A stretch of 64,000 nucleotides of DNA from Eledone cirrhosa (taxonomy: Eukaryota). The DNA lies in assembly GCA_964016885.1 (NCBI GenBank), contig OZ024745.1, positions 59,148,001 to 59,212,000 on the forward strand, written 5' to 3'. This document shows, piece after piece, positions 62,771 to 64,000 of the stretch; within the stretch, counting starts at the first letter, position 1; every line of letters begins with the position of its first letter. The position numbers and the translations under genes were made by a program. The notes beneath the pieces were generated by a model. That model searched no databases. It was not told the origin of the DNA and worked only from the letters and a program-made list of their open reading frames with translations.

Positions 62771-63596
62771 TTCTCTCTATCTCTCTCTTTCTCTCTCTCT
62801 CTCTCTTTCTTTCTCCCCCCCCTCTCTCTCTCAAATACTTGTTTGCGACTCTCTTACCATCACGTTTTTCTCTTTTTCTCCCCCTTTCCTCCCTACCTCA
62901 ATTTCCTCCTTCTTCTCCATTCTCTTCCTCCCGATGCCCCCTCCCCCGTTTCCCCTTCCTTCTCTTCCAACTTCCAACTTCTTCCCAAGTGACGTGCCTC
63001 CATCTTCCTTTGCAACCACTACAACCGGATTTCACCACTCCCCCCCTCTATCTCCCCCCTCATGTACACATTCTCGCTCGCTCCCTTCCTCTCATCAAGT
63101 ATTTTCTCACCAATGGTGGCCCAGGCGTTGGCCGCCCCGAAGCCCCGGTGGACAGAATAGAGAAGGTGCTTCCCCGGAGGATGGTGAAGGAGACATGCTA
63201 GAAGTGCCATTCCAGTTCGCGAGGCTCATACCTGCGGGTAGCCAACTCTGCGCTGATGGTGGTGAGCAGAGAGGTGACCCTAGGACCAATGACCGCAGAA
63301 GTCTCCACTGCCACGGCGGGCTATGTTATTTATAATAGCATCCGTTAATTTTTGTTACCTCTTTTCAGTTATTCAGTCTTGGCAAACCTTCTTTGTCGGG
63401 AACCATACGTCAGACTTTCAGTATCCGGATTCATTCACAGATCGCTTAACTAAATCGGTTAAGCAGGTCATGAACTTGTCATTTGAATAGTTGAATAGTT
63501 GACTCTGATTTTGTGAACAATTTAAAGTATTTCTTTCTGCTAACTTGACAAAAGTTATCTAAATATGATCTGGCCAACCCATTTTGATTCGACCAT

Positions 63597-64000
63597 GCCT
63601 ACACTGTCTCTCTTCTCTCTTTCTCTACCTACCTGTCTCTCTTCTCTCTTTCTCTACCTACCTGTCTCTCTTCTCTCTTTCTCTACCTACCTGTCTCTCT
63701 TCTCTCTTTCTCTACCTACCTGTCTCTCTTCTCTCTACCTACCTGTCTCTCTTCTCTCTTCTCTCTACCCTACCTGTCTCTCTTCCCTCTTTCTCTAGTT
63801 ACCTGTGTCTCTCTTCTCTCTTTCTCTACCTACCTGTCTCTCTTCTCTCTCCTCTCTTCTCTCTACCTACCTGTCTCTTCTCTCTACCTACCTGTCTCTC
63901 TTCTCTCTTCTCTCTGCCTACCTGTCTCTCTTCTCTCTTTTCTCTACCTACCTGTCGCTCTTCTCTCTTCTCCCTGCCTACCTGTCTCTCTTCTCTCTTC
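63597..64000. repeat. Pyrimidine-rich minisatellite of about 29 bp
   Basis: Unit CCTACCTGTCTCTCTTCTCTCTTTCTCTA with variants; runs to the window end. Confidence 0.9.

Overview
Eukaryotic, AT-rich and microsatellite-rich animal genomic DNA. The SINE and RTE families look like those of octopod cephalopods, which is an inference from recalled repeat motifs. The only host gene I can support is KXD1 (a BORC/BLOC-1-associated protein). Three phase-consistent GT-AG coding exons lie on the + strand (7918-8070, 13908-13954, 17973-18043), none captured as a proper gene by the ORF track, and the first coding exon probably lies upstream of the window. The rest is a dense record of mobile DNA: two CR1 LINE copies, RTE copies (one with a Cys/His finger inserted just after the RT core), HERO, CRE, Tx1 and R4/Dong fragments, many tRNA-derived SINEs, non-autonomous Helitrons, piggyBac-type and other MITEs, a DD37D (maT) transposon, and many mini- and microsatellites. 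Most long ORFs between 33 and 48 kb are repeat artefacts. The observations most worth follow-up are: (i) several minimal hammerhead-ribozyme-like motifs in Penelope/retrozyme-like non-coding elements inserted in (TA)n; (ii) a unique island of about 50 bp at 43.0 kb packed with CLEAR/CRE/ARE/UPRE-like motifs between mirrored pyrimidine and purine tracts; (iii) R4/Dong-like elements apparently targeting (CATA)n; (iv) a SINE that inserts at AATAAT, including into its own tail. No CRISPR array or prokaryotic system is present.
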